From assembly GCF_001194135.2 (NCBI RefSeq), contig NC_068982.1, positions 32,986,106-33,050,105 of the forward strand: DNA of 64,000 nt, in the 5' to 3' direction. The notes under the pieces are model-generated. The model saw only the letters and a program-made list of their open reading frames with translations. It did not search any database and had not been told where the DNA came from. Source of the stretch: Octopus bimaculoides. Its lineage: Eukaryota. Below are positions 28,346 to 40,389 of this stretch, in pieces. How positions within the stretch are numbered: the stretch's first letter is position 1; each line of letters begins with the position of its first letter. Both the position numbers and the translations under genes were made by a program.

Positions 28346-28758
28346 CATATGCAGGAAATATTAAACACTGTTATCGCTTGTAGAGAAGTTTACTAAAACA
28401 AGAGTCAAATTCCTGATAAATAGAATCTGCAATGTTGATGTGATTAACGTTAGACTATTTCCCTTGCACAACTGACACAATTTGGTAAAACATTAAAAAT
28501 GGGAACATTCCTTTTCTTATTTTTTTGAAAAATGATAACAAATGAAAAATAAACCAATACTTTTTTTTTCTTTACCTGCTTATTATTGATTGCAACAATT
28601 AAGAGTTAATATCTCGACAAATTGAACCTACAACCTAATGTACAAGCATATGCAACCGTACCATTTCATAAAAACCGCTATGGCCACTGGGGAAGGCATG
28701 TTTGCTACAACAATTGTTGAATACACTTATGTAAACCTATGTTCTTATTGCAAACCAT

Positions 28759-28835
<77 letters not shown>

Positions 28836-29653
28836 TACACGAGCACACGCAACACAGTATTTTCTTTCTTCTTTTTTCGGTTTACTTCTCAGATTTTATT
28901 TCCGCCTGGTTTGCTATATTTACGCATGTGCTGAATGACAATTTGCAAAGATTTAAATGAAGAAATTTGAAGTTGCCAAAGATAACTTCTGTTTATGTGG
29001 TAAAACTACTACACCTCAACAGTATTTGTAATAGACACACCACTTCAATACCAGAAAGAGAAAAATAGAGTGAAAGTGAAAGTAAAACAGTAATAATATC
29101 CAAAACTGCCGTTCTTTGTTAATATTAGAAGATGGCTGGCACTTGTATTACAATGGGACAGACTAACAGTGAGCTTATTTAACGCTTGGTAGAGAAACAT
29201 CGAATTCTTTGTCTTGCGAAAACTATATTAAGAACAGCGGGAAAAGTACCATACGCGTAGAATTGTTTTGGTTGCGATATTTAAATAAAAAACGAAAAGA
29301 AATTCATTTTCTTCCAATGAAAACACTAGAAAATTAGAAGAAACTGTTTCGTTTGAAAGAACAAAAAGTAAATTAAACCAAAGTATTGCAAACAATAGAA
29401 ATATTCTCCTTATTGAACAATGTGCTTTGAAACAAAACCAGCCTGCGGCACTTTCAATAGATGTTTAGATTAAAATCATTAAAGGCAAGCACATTGCTTT
29501 ACAATTCGACCAGACCAGTTAAGTTAACTTGAAGGCAATAAAAGAACAAACGAATGATCATGATCATAGTAATAATCATTACAGAGAATAACGTTAAAGA
29601 AAAAGACAGTTACAAGAGCAACGACCGAAATAGTAAAACATCACGTCGACAGA

Positions 29654-29720
<67 letters not shown>

Positions 29721-31419
29721 AAGAGAAAAACAATGAGTAAAACAATCATATAGTTTAAACATTGTAGCAAGTAGTTCCATGAGCAATAAAGTATTGTAAA
29801 TGCAGCCACAGGAGAGAGAAGAGCCATCTGTTTCTATCTAAAAAGGAACAGTGAAAATGTAAATAACTGTCAGAACATCATTAAAAATTCGGGCAGCTGG
29901 CAAAGTCGAAATAGTTAGTAAACACATAGCAAAATTAGACTTTGAGAAAACTTTCAATAATTGTTTACCGAAAAATCTACTACTTCACTTCACTTACTAA
30001 CGTTGATTGTTTCTAAAGTATAGTCTCTGCTACTTTATACCCCTTCCTTATTTGGGACGGTGTTGTTGTTACATTCACAAAAGCAACCTAGATCGCATCC
30101 GTGTATAGTCCATCCATTTGATTAGCAAATCCATTTGATTTGCATTTCGATATCTTATCCACATATACGCTGCCTCATCTTATCTTGTCCATTCTGTTAC
30201 TATTACAATAGCATCTGCTCCTTTGAACATAAATTTGCATATGACCGCCACCCAAACACATCTGAGATTCCTGCCGTTACTTCTTTCGTCACATGTGATG
30301 TGTCAGACGTCCTGAGTTGCCTCACTAACCACTATCTCCTTTCTTTCCACAAAAGAATGTTTCCTTTACTCTGGAATCAATTTTCCGCACAAGACTGGGG
30401 ATTTTTTCCCCACTGATGGCGAGATACACAGATGTTCAAAATGAACGTCAACCATCTAGGTAGGGCAGGAAAAGATTATAAGCACATCTCTTCCCCGCTC
30501 CTCCACTTGACCGAATTATAAGAAAAACTCCTGGAAAATATATTTCATACCATTTTCCTTGTTCTATATGTTTCTGTTGGTAGGTATTATGAGCGCTTAT
30601 ATATGCATATGTGATGCACAAACATATATGAGCACACACACACATTCATACATATGCATAAACATACGTGAATATATATATATATATANNNNNNNNNNNN
30701 NNNNNNNNNNNNNNNNNNNNNNNNNNNNNNNNNNNNNNNNNNNNNNNNNNNNNNNNNNNNNNNNNNNNNNNNNNNNNNNNNNNNNNNNNNNNNNNNNNNN
30801 NNNNNNNNNNNNNNNNNNNNNNNNNNNNNNNNNNNNNNNNNNNNNNNNNNNNNNNNNNNNNNNNNNNNNNNNNNNNNNNNNNNNNNNNNNNNNNNNNNNN
30901 NNNNNNNNNNNNNNNNNNNNNNNNNNNNNNNNNNNNNNNNNNNNNNNNNNNNNNNNNNNNNNNNNNNNNNNNNNNNNNNNNNNNNNNNNNNNNNNNNNNN
31001 NNNNNNNNNNNNNNNNNNNNNNNNNNNNNNNNNNNNNNNNNNNNNNNNNNNNNNNNNNNNNNNNNNNNNNNNNNNNNNNNNNNNNNNNNNNNNNNNNNNN
31101 NNNNNNNNNNNNNNNNNNNNNNNNNNNNNNNNNNNNNNNNNNNNNNNNNNNNNNNNNNNNNNNNNNNNNNNNNNNNNNNNNNNNNNNNNNNNNNNNNNNN
31201 NNNNNNNNNNNNNNNNNNNNNNNNNNNNNNNNNNNNNNNNNNNNNNNNNNNNNNNNNNNNNNNNNNNNNNNNNNNNNNNNNNNNNNNNNNNNNNNNNNNN
31301 NNNNNNNNNNNNNNNNNNNNNNNNNNNNNNNNNNNNNNNNNNNNNNNNNNNNNNNNNNNNNNNNNNNNNNNNNNNNNNNNNNNNNNNNNNNNNNNNNNNN
31401 NNNNNNNNNNNNNNNNNNN

Positions 31420-31464
<45 letters not shown>

Positions 31465-31469
<5 letters not shown>

Positions 31470-31628
31470 CAGCAAGCTTCTTTCTGTTTCCGTCTACGAA
31501 ATCCACTTACAAGGCTTTGGTCGGCCTGAAGCTAAAGTAGAAGACACTCGTCCAAGGTGCCACCCAGTGGGACTGAACCCGGAATCATATGGTTGAGAAA
31601 CAAGTTCCTTACTACACAACCACGCCCA
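31465..31628 (-). mobile_element. SINE family C, 5' half
   Basis: Reverse complement of GGGTTCAGTCCCACTG..CACCTTGG..GACCAAAGCCTTGTAAGTGGATT. Similar half copies at about 35990-36105, 45255-45410, 45672-45810 (plus strand) and 46550-46700. Confidence 0.8.
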
Positions 31629-31633
31629 TATAT

Positions 31634-31930
31634 AGGCCATGTTTTCTTTCCTATTACCTCTTGCTTTTGTTTATTTTTTGGACGCTTTTCTATTCACTCT
31701 GATGAAGCTCCATGTACTAGTTCGAATATCCTATGCAAATGAGGAATATTACTTTAGCAATTCTTTCGTAGGCACTGAGTGACGTTGGAAGCAGAAACGG
31801 CTGTTAGAATTATTACGTCTCATAAATTTTACGTCATGTTTGTATTAAATAATAAGCTACAGATGTGGTCCAATTCATTTGTTTATTGATCTAAAGTTTT
31901 CTCTATTTTCTGATTATTTAAATTTGAATC
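31634..31930 (+). mobile_element. solo Penelope-like pseudo-LTR (same family as 48135-50185)
   Basis: Colinear with the reverse complement of 48135-48400 (TATTCACTCTGATGAAGCT.CATGTACTAG.TCGAAT.. and ..GAAACGGC.GT.AGAA) and with 50049-50185 (AAAGTTTTCTC.ATTTTCTG..ATTTAAATTTGA). Confidence 0.8.
31691..31812 (+). ncRNA. hammerhead-ribozyme-like motif with long helix II (degenerate copy)
   Basis: CTGATGA at 31699-31705 and GAAA at 31794-31797. GCTCCATGT can pair with ACG-T-TGG-A-AGC. Helix III is ACGGCTGT and the triplet is GUU. Confidence 0.5.
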
Positions 31931-32128
31931 CTGGTAACTTTTGTTTATTCTATTGTTACCTGTACCCTACGAGCAGAGTGTGTCTGCATACCCATACCCA
32001 GAGATAGCACAGGTAACTGATACCGGTAGTAAATACGGATATTTTATTCCTTAGTCAGTTACTATAACCGCTAACTCTGCTTACTTTTATATATACATAT
32101 ATATATGCATATATCAATATATGTATGT

Positions 32129-32159
<31 letters not shown>

Positions 32160-33066
32160 NNNNNNNNNNNNNNNNNNNNNNNNNNNNNNNNNNNNNNNNN
32201 NNNNNNNNNNNNNNNNNNNNNNNNNNNNNNNNNNNNNNNNNNNNNNNNNNNNNNNNNNNNNNNNNNNNNNNNNNNNNNNNNNNNNNNNNNNNNNNNNNNN
32301 NNNNNNNNNNNNNNNNNNNNNNNNNNNNNNNNNNNNNNNNNNNNNNNNNNNNNNNNNNNNNNNNNNNNNNNNNNNNNNNNNNNNNNNNNNNNNNNNNNNN
32401 NNNNNNNNNNNNNNNNNNNNNNNNNNNNNNNNNNNNNNNNNNNNNNNNNNNNNNNNNNNNNNNNNNNNNNNNNNNNNNNNNNNNNNNNNNNNNNNNNNNN
32501 NNNNNNNNNNNNNNNNNNNNNNNNNNNNNNNNNNNNNNNNNNNNNNNNNNNNNNNNNNNNNNNNNNNNNNNNNNNNNNNNNNNNNNNNNNNNNNNNNNNN
32601 NNNNNNNNNNNNNNNNNNNNNNNNNNNNNNNNNNNNNNNNNNNNNNNNNNNNNNNNNNNNNNNNNNNNNNNNNNNNNNNNNNNNNNNNNNNNNNNNNNNN
32701 NNNNNNNNNNNNNNNNNNNNNNNNNNNNNNNNNNNNNNNNNNNNNNNNNNNNNNNNNNNNNNNNNNNNNNNNNNNNNNNNNNNNNNNNNNNNNNNNNNNN
32801 NNNNNNNNNNNNNNNNNNNNNNNNNNNNNNNNNNNNNNNNNNNNNNNNNNNNNNNNNNNNNNNNNNNNNNNNNNNNNNNNNNNNNNNNNNNNNNNNNNNN
32901 NNNNNNNNNNNNNNNNNNNNNNNNNNNNNNNNNNNNNNNNNNNNNNNNNNNNNNNNNNNNNNNNNNNNNNNNNNNNNNNNNNNNNNNNNNNNNNNNNNNN
33001 NNNNNNNNNNNNNNNNNNNNNNNNNNNNNNNNNNNNNNNNNNNNNNNNNNNNNNNNNNNNNNNNNN

Positions 33067-33100
<34 letters not shown>

Positions 33101-33674
33101 TCTGTGTGTGTATAGGAAATAGCATCAACTTAAAGAGGATTTGATTAAATTCACTTGATGAAATAAATTACCTTTTCAGACTATCTCTAGTGGCAATATT
33201 TTGTTTTGTTTCATTTGCTTGTCTTTTATATGAATATATGTATATGTAAGCATGTAAGCATGTGTGTGTATGTGTTTGTGTGCATGTGTGCGTGTAATCT
33301 TTCCTTTTTAGTATTGCTTCCGATTATATTATAATCAAGTTAGTCAATTTAATATCCACTCTCTCTTATAAAAAAAAACCCTTCAATCTAGGAAAATGAA
33401 ATCATTGCTATTATGATGACGTATTTCAAATACATCATTGATTTGTATCTTAGTCAGCGAAACCAGTCAAGAAAGTAAAGTACATTATATCGATCACAGT
33501 AGACAACAGTTAAGTTCACCCTTGTAAGATCAGAATTCAGAAGGTACTGATTTTGCCACTCTTTCCGTTAGGTATCATTACATCGCCAGGAGCCAGTAAA
33601 AAGTATTCTTTATTTTGTCACTAGAATTGCTATAAATAGCAGTAAAGTCTCTCTTAAATCACAACCTAACCATT

Positions 33675-34478
33675 TACGAGGTGGTATCAAAACGTTCCCG
33701 GACTAGTTCTGTAACGCGTTAACAGATGGCAGCACACGGTTGCGCGCGCAGTGAGTGCTAGCAGTGAACTTCATGAAGTAGTATGCCTAGTGACATCGCG
33801 GCGTTTACTTCGTAAGTTGTGAATTTGTGTTTTTGTGATCTGCGATTTTTGACATAGACAATAAGTTGGAACCAAGAACCAACGCGAAGTTTGCGCTAAA
33901 CTTGGGAAGACTGCAACAGCAGTCGTCACAATGGAAGAGCCCGTCATCTCTACGACCAAAGAAGGCTCGTCGTTTTTTTTTTGTTTTTTTTTCTTTCAAC
34001 ATCCGCGGTATTGTACATCAAGAATTCGTCCCCCGAAGCCAGACCGTCAATCGAAAGTTCTATTGCGATGTTTTGAAGCTTTTGAAGGAGAACATTCAGC
34101 GTAAGCGACCGGATCTGTGGAGCGCGAGAACTGGATTCTCCACGATGACAATGCACCCTTTCACCGAACTCTCCTCACTCGTAGGTTTCTCGCCAAAAAT
34201 ACCATGGTATCGCTTCAGCACCCGCCCTATTCGCCAGATTTAGCACCTTCCATCTCTTCCCGAGGGTGAAAATGCAGCTCAAAGGTCACCATTTTAACAT
34301 CGTTGTCAAGATCCAGAGCGAGTCGCAGAAGGCCCTCGACTCGCTTACGGAAAACGACTTCCGGGCCGGATTCCAAAAGTGACAGGAACGCTGGGATCGG
34401 TGTATTGCTGCGCAAAGAGACCATTTCGAAGGAGATGGTGTTAAAACATAGGCAAATAAGTTTTGATATTACCGCGTA
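33675..34478 (+). mobile_element. internally deleted mariner (DD34D family) element
   Basis: TA-flanked TIRs TACGAGGTGGTATCAAAA / TTTTGATATTACCGCGTA (15 of 18 match). Transposase fragments DNKLEPRTN.KF, QQSSQWKSPSS.RPKKAR, FNIRGIVHQEFVP, WILHDDNAP, HPPYSPDLAP and ERWDRCIAAQ. Confidence 0.95.
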
Positions 34479-34999
34479 ACACTATACCTGATGGTGATTC
34501 TACGTGATCATTCGATCTGCTACACGTATATATCAAATCTCTTTCAAAATATACCGTGCAGTCTTTAAAAAGTAACAATACATTGGATTTGCACTTTGAA
34601 AAGTTGTTGTCATGGCTGAAAGAACTTCGATTAAAGTGAACTGGACTAGAGCTGACGTGTGCAGTTTAATAACAAAATATACGTAAAATAAAAATGTCTT
34701 TGATAATACGTCAGTTTAATGAAGACTGCTTTTCGGTTAAACAATAGGAACAACACATATTACTAATACGTTTAGATAAAATAAGTACCAGTTACACACT
34801 GGTTCCTTGTAATTGACTATCCCCCTACCCAAAAATTTCAGGAATTGTGCCAATAATAGAAAATATTGGCGATTTGACAGAAACATTAGCGCGCTGGGCG
34901 AAATGCTTAGCACTGGGGTCGATGTCTTCGATTTACCCACTTCCTGAACCTTGTGCCAAACTTTGAAGCCAATATTTCTACCCGGTTGAACAACCGTTC

Positions 35000-35223
35000 T
35001 TAATCCTATAGCATTTAAACCGGCCATATTCGGCCGAAATATTGTACCTATTTTACGTTCGAACCGGCCAATTCTTCCCTCTCGCACCTACCCTGCGATG
35101 TCATTCTAAAAATAACCACATCATCAAAATCTTGGAGCCAAGAGATAATGCATGACTAGTTCAAAGCAATGTGAATATGTAAATATTACATTTAAAAGAT
35201 CCACCTAACTGCTAAAGGGTAAA
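35000..35223. mobile_element. probable piggyBac-type MITE
   Basis: Ends TTAA-TCCTATAGCATT and AACTGCTAAAGGG-TAAA are a degenerate form of TTAA/CCCTTTAGCA TIRs. Confidence 0.55.
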
Positions 35224-35400
35224 AATCAGTCCTTATGGTGTTTTTTAATTGAGACGTCCCGCCAAGGTCATGGGCACAGTTTCATTTCCTGGCTCCGTAT
35301 TAATTTAAAACATAAATGTCTTCTCACTGCATGTGTTTAATTCTGAGTCTGTTACTTACATACGTTTTTCATACGTCGTCGTCGTCAGCGCAGCAGCAGC

Positions 35401-35433
<33 letters not shown>

Positions 35434-36241
35434 GGTGGTGGTGATAGTAGCAGTAGTAGTGGTGGTGGTGATGGTGGTGACGGCAGCGGTGAAACTGGAT
35501 ACTATTAACAGTGGTGATTATGATAGTAGTAGTAGCAGCAGCAGCAGCAGTTGTAATGACATCGTTCGTGAAGTACAAATGGTAAAGCCATTTTATTGCT
35601 CTTATTCCCTCTCCTGCGATTGTTTGTGCTACTAGAGGGTGGTCTTTCTTATCTCTACTATTTAACACTTCATTGAAACGTCTTACATCATGGTTGTTTA
35701 GCCCCAGGTCAGCGCTGATAGAGCACACCTATGATCAAAGGCGTTCCAGCTGTCCCCATTTAAAATTTTCTTTTTTCTTTTCCTTTTTTTTTTCTGATTG
35801 AATATTATTTCTTACCTCCTTTTTTTTATCTTTAACTAGCAGTAAAACCCGTCGTTGATCGGGTAATTACTTTTACTCTTTCTCGGGAGCCACATTATAT
35901 ATAGAGAGATTTCCGCCTCCTGTATGTGTGTATGTTATAAGAAAAAACAATTTCAAACACGAACTTCTGTTTGTTTTTTATAAGTGAGTTACATGTGTTA
36001 TTTTATATATCAATACAGTAATGGCAATTATATAATACTCAAGGCTTTGGTCGAACACAAGGCGACATGGTTGGAAAACAAGCTTCTCAACCACACAGCC
36101 ACGCTTATAAAGGAGAGATATATTTTGGATAATATACTCCTTGATGCAATATGCTTAACAAAAAGATGAAATGTTTACGGCGAGAAGACCATTGGTTTTA
36201 ATATTTACTCGAGCAACTTAAAAACTAACAACGCTACACCA

Positions 36242-36702
36242 TGCAGGGTGTTCCAGAATAAACTATCTGTTTCGGTGAAATTGAGAAATTTTTTTAAAAA
36301 ACTGACAGCATTTTGTTTATTACCTAAACAACTAGACTTATAAATCTTACGTCACACTCTTATTGAAAATTTTCAGCATGTCTGTAGCTCTGCATACTTC
36401 AAATCTCTCCTTAGCGTTGGGAAACACATTTTGAAGCATTTCAGAAGTTAGCTCCTGCACTGCTAACTGAATGTGTTCTTTAAGCTCATCTTGAGGATGT
36501 AGGTAAAGAAAATAATTGCTGCCAAATTGAAAATAGGATGTCATGGAGGGATCCAACAGGAATGAAAATAAAATTATAAACAAAATTCAAAATTTATACA
36601 CTTTTAACACATATTAAAACATGACATAAATAAATAAAAGGGAGTGTAAAACGAATGCATCCGATTTCACTCAAATTATCATTAATTGTGGTACACCCTG
36701 TA
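36242..36702 (-). mobile_element. deleted Tc1/mariner-superfamily element keeping the transposase C-terminus
   Basis: TIRs CAGGGTGTTCCAGAATAA versus reverse-complement CAGGGTGTACCACAATTAA. Internal peptide DELKEHIQLAVQELTSEMLQNVF..ERFEVCRA resembles the C-terminal helices of IS630-Tc1-mariner transposases. Confidence 0.65.
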
Positions 36703-37448
36703 CTTACTCGTTCGACTAAACGGGGGATGGAACACAGGAGAGGGGACTAACTGCAGGTGGCGAGCGCAGCTTCCGAAAGTGGCCACGCGGTCAAACTTAA
36801 ATGGCTGTAAGTCACAACAGCAGTTTCTTTGTTTGTATGAACATTTTGCATTATATAGTTCAGACATGGATGGCATAGAAAGCAGACATGCAAGATTGGA
36901 AACGTGAAACGTCAACAAGGCACTTCTGGAGAATGGATGAATGGGTTTGTTGTGCTTTTACCCAGCCGCACACACAGGCACATGGCCCGGTGGTGCGCGG
37001 GATGGTAACATGAAGCATCAACAGGGCACTGACAAAAATTTTTATGTTCTTCTCATTTCCTCTGCCAAATTGGACAAAAAGGTTTTCATGAAATATTATA
37101 CGCTACTTGTAATTCATAAGTAGTGTCAATGTCTTATCGTCGGAAAATGGCATAAAACAAAGATAAAACCCAGTGCAGTATACTCAAATCTGATTAATTT
37201 GCATTTTGTGTGGTGGGGGGTGGCCATAGTCGGCGTCGGAAATTGTTTTTTTAGTCAACAGTCTGTTGCAAATTTGGAGGAAAGCAACTGGCAGCTCGGG
37301 TTGCTACGTAAAGGCACACACTTTCGTTATGAAACAAGGTATCTGAGAATGAAGATTGCTGTTCTTCGACTTTGCGTTTCATTTTTCGGTGTATTAAAAT
37401 AAGTATTTGTTAAATACTGGGGTCGATGTAATCCATTATCCCTATCCC

Positions 37449-37606
37449 CGTTAGCGTAGCTAGGTGGGGGCAGTAGGGGTGGTCCGCCCCGGGCGACACT
37501 TTTAAAGGGACACCACCTTTGGGTATGCTGTAGGCAATGTTTGTTTTTTGTAGGGGCAGCAAACGGAAGTCTGCCCCGAGCGGTACACGCTCTAACTACG
37601 CTAATG
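37449..37606. mobile_element. 158-bp hAT-type MITE nested in a family B SINE tail
   Basis: Perfect 8-bp TSD CCTATCCC (37441-37448 and 37607-37614). TIR CGTTAGCGTAGCTAG / CTAACTACGCTAATG. Homologous to 8099-8256. Confidence 0.92.
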
Positions 37607-37667
37607 CCTATCCCGCCAAATTTTTTAGTCCTTTTGCCTATGGTAGAAAGGATTATTATTCTTGGTA

Positions 37668-37880
37668 AGGTGGTGAACTGGCTGAATCATTAGCGTACCG
37701 GACAAAGCAGCATTTCGTCCGTCTTTTCGTTTTGAGTTCAAATTCCGCTAAGGTGAACTTTGCCTTTCATCCTTTTGGGGTCAATAAAATAAGTACCAGT
37801 TGAGCACTGAGGTCGATGCTATCAACTTACCAGCTTCTCCGAAATTACTGGCTTTGTACCAAAATTTGAAACCATCATTA
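37668..37880 (+). mobile_element. SINE family B copy (tail type 3)
   Basis: Family B consensus, following another family B tail at about 37395-37660. Confidence 0.8.
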
Positions 37881-37909
37881 TTATGCTTATTATTGTTGTC
37901 TTTGTTGAA

Positions 37910-37943
<34 letters not shown>

Positions 37944-38128
37944 TTGTAGTCTAGACCCAGATCAGTCCTGATTAGCTACTCATATCTATTATCAAAAGCA
38001 TTCCAACCGCGACGATTCTGTATCAGTTTTAGGCATAGTTTAACTAGGTCTGGATTTTCTAGTGAGCCCATTATTTTTGAGAGCATGTGTTGAGATGCAT
38101 TACGGTTGTAAGGTAGTGGCGACAGAAA

Positions 38129-38177
<49 letters not shown>

Positions 38178-38495
38178 GGTGGTGGTGGTGGTGGTGGTNN
38201 NNNNNNNNNNNNNNNNNNNNNNNNNNNNNNNNNNNNNNNNNNNNNNNNNNNNNNNNNNNNNNNNNNNNNNNNNNNNNNNNNNNNNNNNNNNNNNNNNNNN
38301 NNNNNNNNNNNNNNNNNNNNNNNNNNNNNNNNNNNNNNNNNNNNNNNNNNNNNNNNNNNNNNNNNNNNNNNNNNNNNNNNNNNNNNNNNNNNNNNNNNNN
38401 NNNNNNNNNNNNNNNNNNNNNNNNNNNNNNNNNNNNNNNNNNNNNNNNNNNNNNNNNNNNNNNNNNNNNNNNNNNNNNNNNNNNNNNNNNNNNNN

Positions 38496-38545
<50 letters not shown>

Positions 38546-38819
38546 CTTTACATATAGATATGTGCGTGCATGCGTGTGTGTGAGAGAGAGAGTAGAAGGC
38601 GAATGAACACATGCTGGAATTAGGTCAAGTGGGAATGATTTAATAAGCACACAGAATCTTCAATTGTATGCACTCATTCTAACAATCGTTGTTACAATCA
38701 TTACCACCAGCTTCCCCACCATCACCAACACTCCACCACCACCATCATCTAAACTATATGTTAGATATGTAATGTAATGTAAACATTGGATCATAGAAAC
38801 ATAAATCAAGAGATACATG

Positions 38820-39085
38820 GCATAGTGGTTAAGAGCGGGGGCTACTAACCCCAAGATTCCAAGTTCGATTCCAGGCAGTGACCTGAATAATAATAATAAT
38901 GATGATAATAATAATAATAATAATAACAACAACAACATCGAAAAATACCTTAAGAATGAGAACCCAGGTTCGAAATTTCCTCAAGACACCTGATGAAGGC
39001 TGGAAAGTATATCAGCCGAAACGTTGTGTTAACAAAAAACAAGATGAGGACATATCCGTCAATTGTAAATAATGTAAATAACGTA
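38820..39085 (+). mobile_element. tRNA-headed SINE with (TAA)n linker and hammerhead-bearing tail
   Basis: 13-bp direct repeat CAAGAGATACATG at 38807-38819 and 39086-39098. A box TGGCATAGTGG (38818-38828, overlapping the TSD). B box AGTTCGATTCC (38862-38872). Confidence 0.85.
38985..39030 (+). ncRNA. minimal type I hammerhead ribozyme motif
   Basis: Helix I GACAC/GTGTT; core CTGATGA (38990-38996) plus A; helix II GGCTG/CAGCC; GAAA (39018-39021); palindromic ACGT helix III; GUU triplet with predicted cleavage after 39025. Confidence 0.8.
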
Positions 39086-39118
39086 CAAGAGATACATGTT
39101 TTAATAAATACACATCAT

Positions 39119-39330
39119 AAGGCAGCGAGCTGACAGAAACATTAGACGTCGGGCGAAATGATTGGCGGTATTTCTTCTGTCTTTACGTTCTGGGTTCAAA
39201 TTCCGCCGGTGTCGACTTTGCCTTTTATCCTTCGGGGTCTATACATTAAGTGCTAGTTACGTACTGGGGTCGATCTAATCGAATGGCCCCCTCCCCAAAA
39301 ATTTCAGGTCTTGTGCCTAGAGTAGAATAA
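39119..39330 (+). mobile_element. SINE family B copy (tail type 2)
   Basis: Family B consensus with the CCCCCTCCCCAAAAATTTCAGGTCTTGTGCCTAGAGTAGAA tail. Confidence 0.85.
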
Positions 39331-39364
39331 AATAAAAATAAATAAATAAGTAAATATATGTTAT

Positions 39365-39598
39365 AAGGCGGTGAGCTGGCAGAAACGTTAGCACGCTTGG
39401 AGAAATGCTTAGCGGTATTTCGTCTGCCGTTACGTTCTGGGTTCAAATTCCGCCGAGGTCGACTTTGCCTTTCATCCTTTCAGGGTCGATAAATTAAGTA
39501 CCAGTTACGCACTGGGGTCGATATAATCGACTTAATACCTTTGTCTCTCCTTGTGTGTCCCCTCTATGTTTAGTCCCTTGTGGGCAATAAAGAAATAA
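39365..39598 (+). mobile_element. SINE family B copy (tail type 1), tandem
   Basis: Close match to the family B consensus. A further short body fragment follows at about 39600-39642. Confidence 0.9.
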
Positions 39599-40389
39599 GT
39601 ATCTCATCTGTCTTTACGTTCTGAGTTCAAATTCCGCCGAGGAATTGTTTTTTATAATTTGTATATATTTATTTTATCATAAATACAAAACAACACCACA
39701 AAGGAATCGACGTAAGCTTCAATAATAAACCGCGATAGGTGAACCGCGATATGGTGAGGGATTACCTTACAACTACTGAGGAATCGTGCTTTGTTTAATT
39801 TTTAAAAAAATCTTTTACTACAATTGTCCTCAACTTATTCAACCTATTATTGAAGACTTACATAACCGAAACTCCGAAAGGTGTTTTTGTTAACCTTCCA
39901 GAAGCACTGCAGTTATTATTGTGTGTGCTTTCTAGCTACAGGAGAAATGCCATAACAAATGGTTGTTCATGCAAATTACTTCTCTTTTATAACTTCATCG
40001 ATGCATTTGGTCAAAGTACAGTGCCAGTCTTCTGTAAATGGTTAGTTTCAAATAATATGTGAGTTCTCATAAGCATTTTATCATTTTCTAAACTCTATTC
40101 ACTCACTGTGTACAAACTCCCACTAGGTCTCCAGGTATTGCACTGCCTAGTGGCAGCTATGCAACTCTAGTAGACGCTGTATCAGAATAAAGTTAACGAT
40201 TACATCAGTGATTGACCTTCAGAATATAAATGATGTTAATTCAGTTTCAGCAGAAGAACTACAGTTGACCGTTATTTTCACTGACGCGTGAGAGCATGGG
40301 TCTCACCATCGGCGCAGCAAAATATGCCTGGCATTAACATGTCCCCAAGAAGTAGGGAACTAGTCCACCAATGGACAATAGTAGAAAAA

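Noticed and set aside
12915-38000. Old dispersed repeat fragments (about 12915, 13885, 14150, 27855, 33620, 35700, 37955) sharing GCTAGAAAT..CAAAT and GATGGTCAC.GCTGGAA motifs
   Set aside because: Clearly repetitive but too degraded to delimit or classify by eye, so not listed as features.
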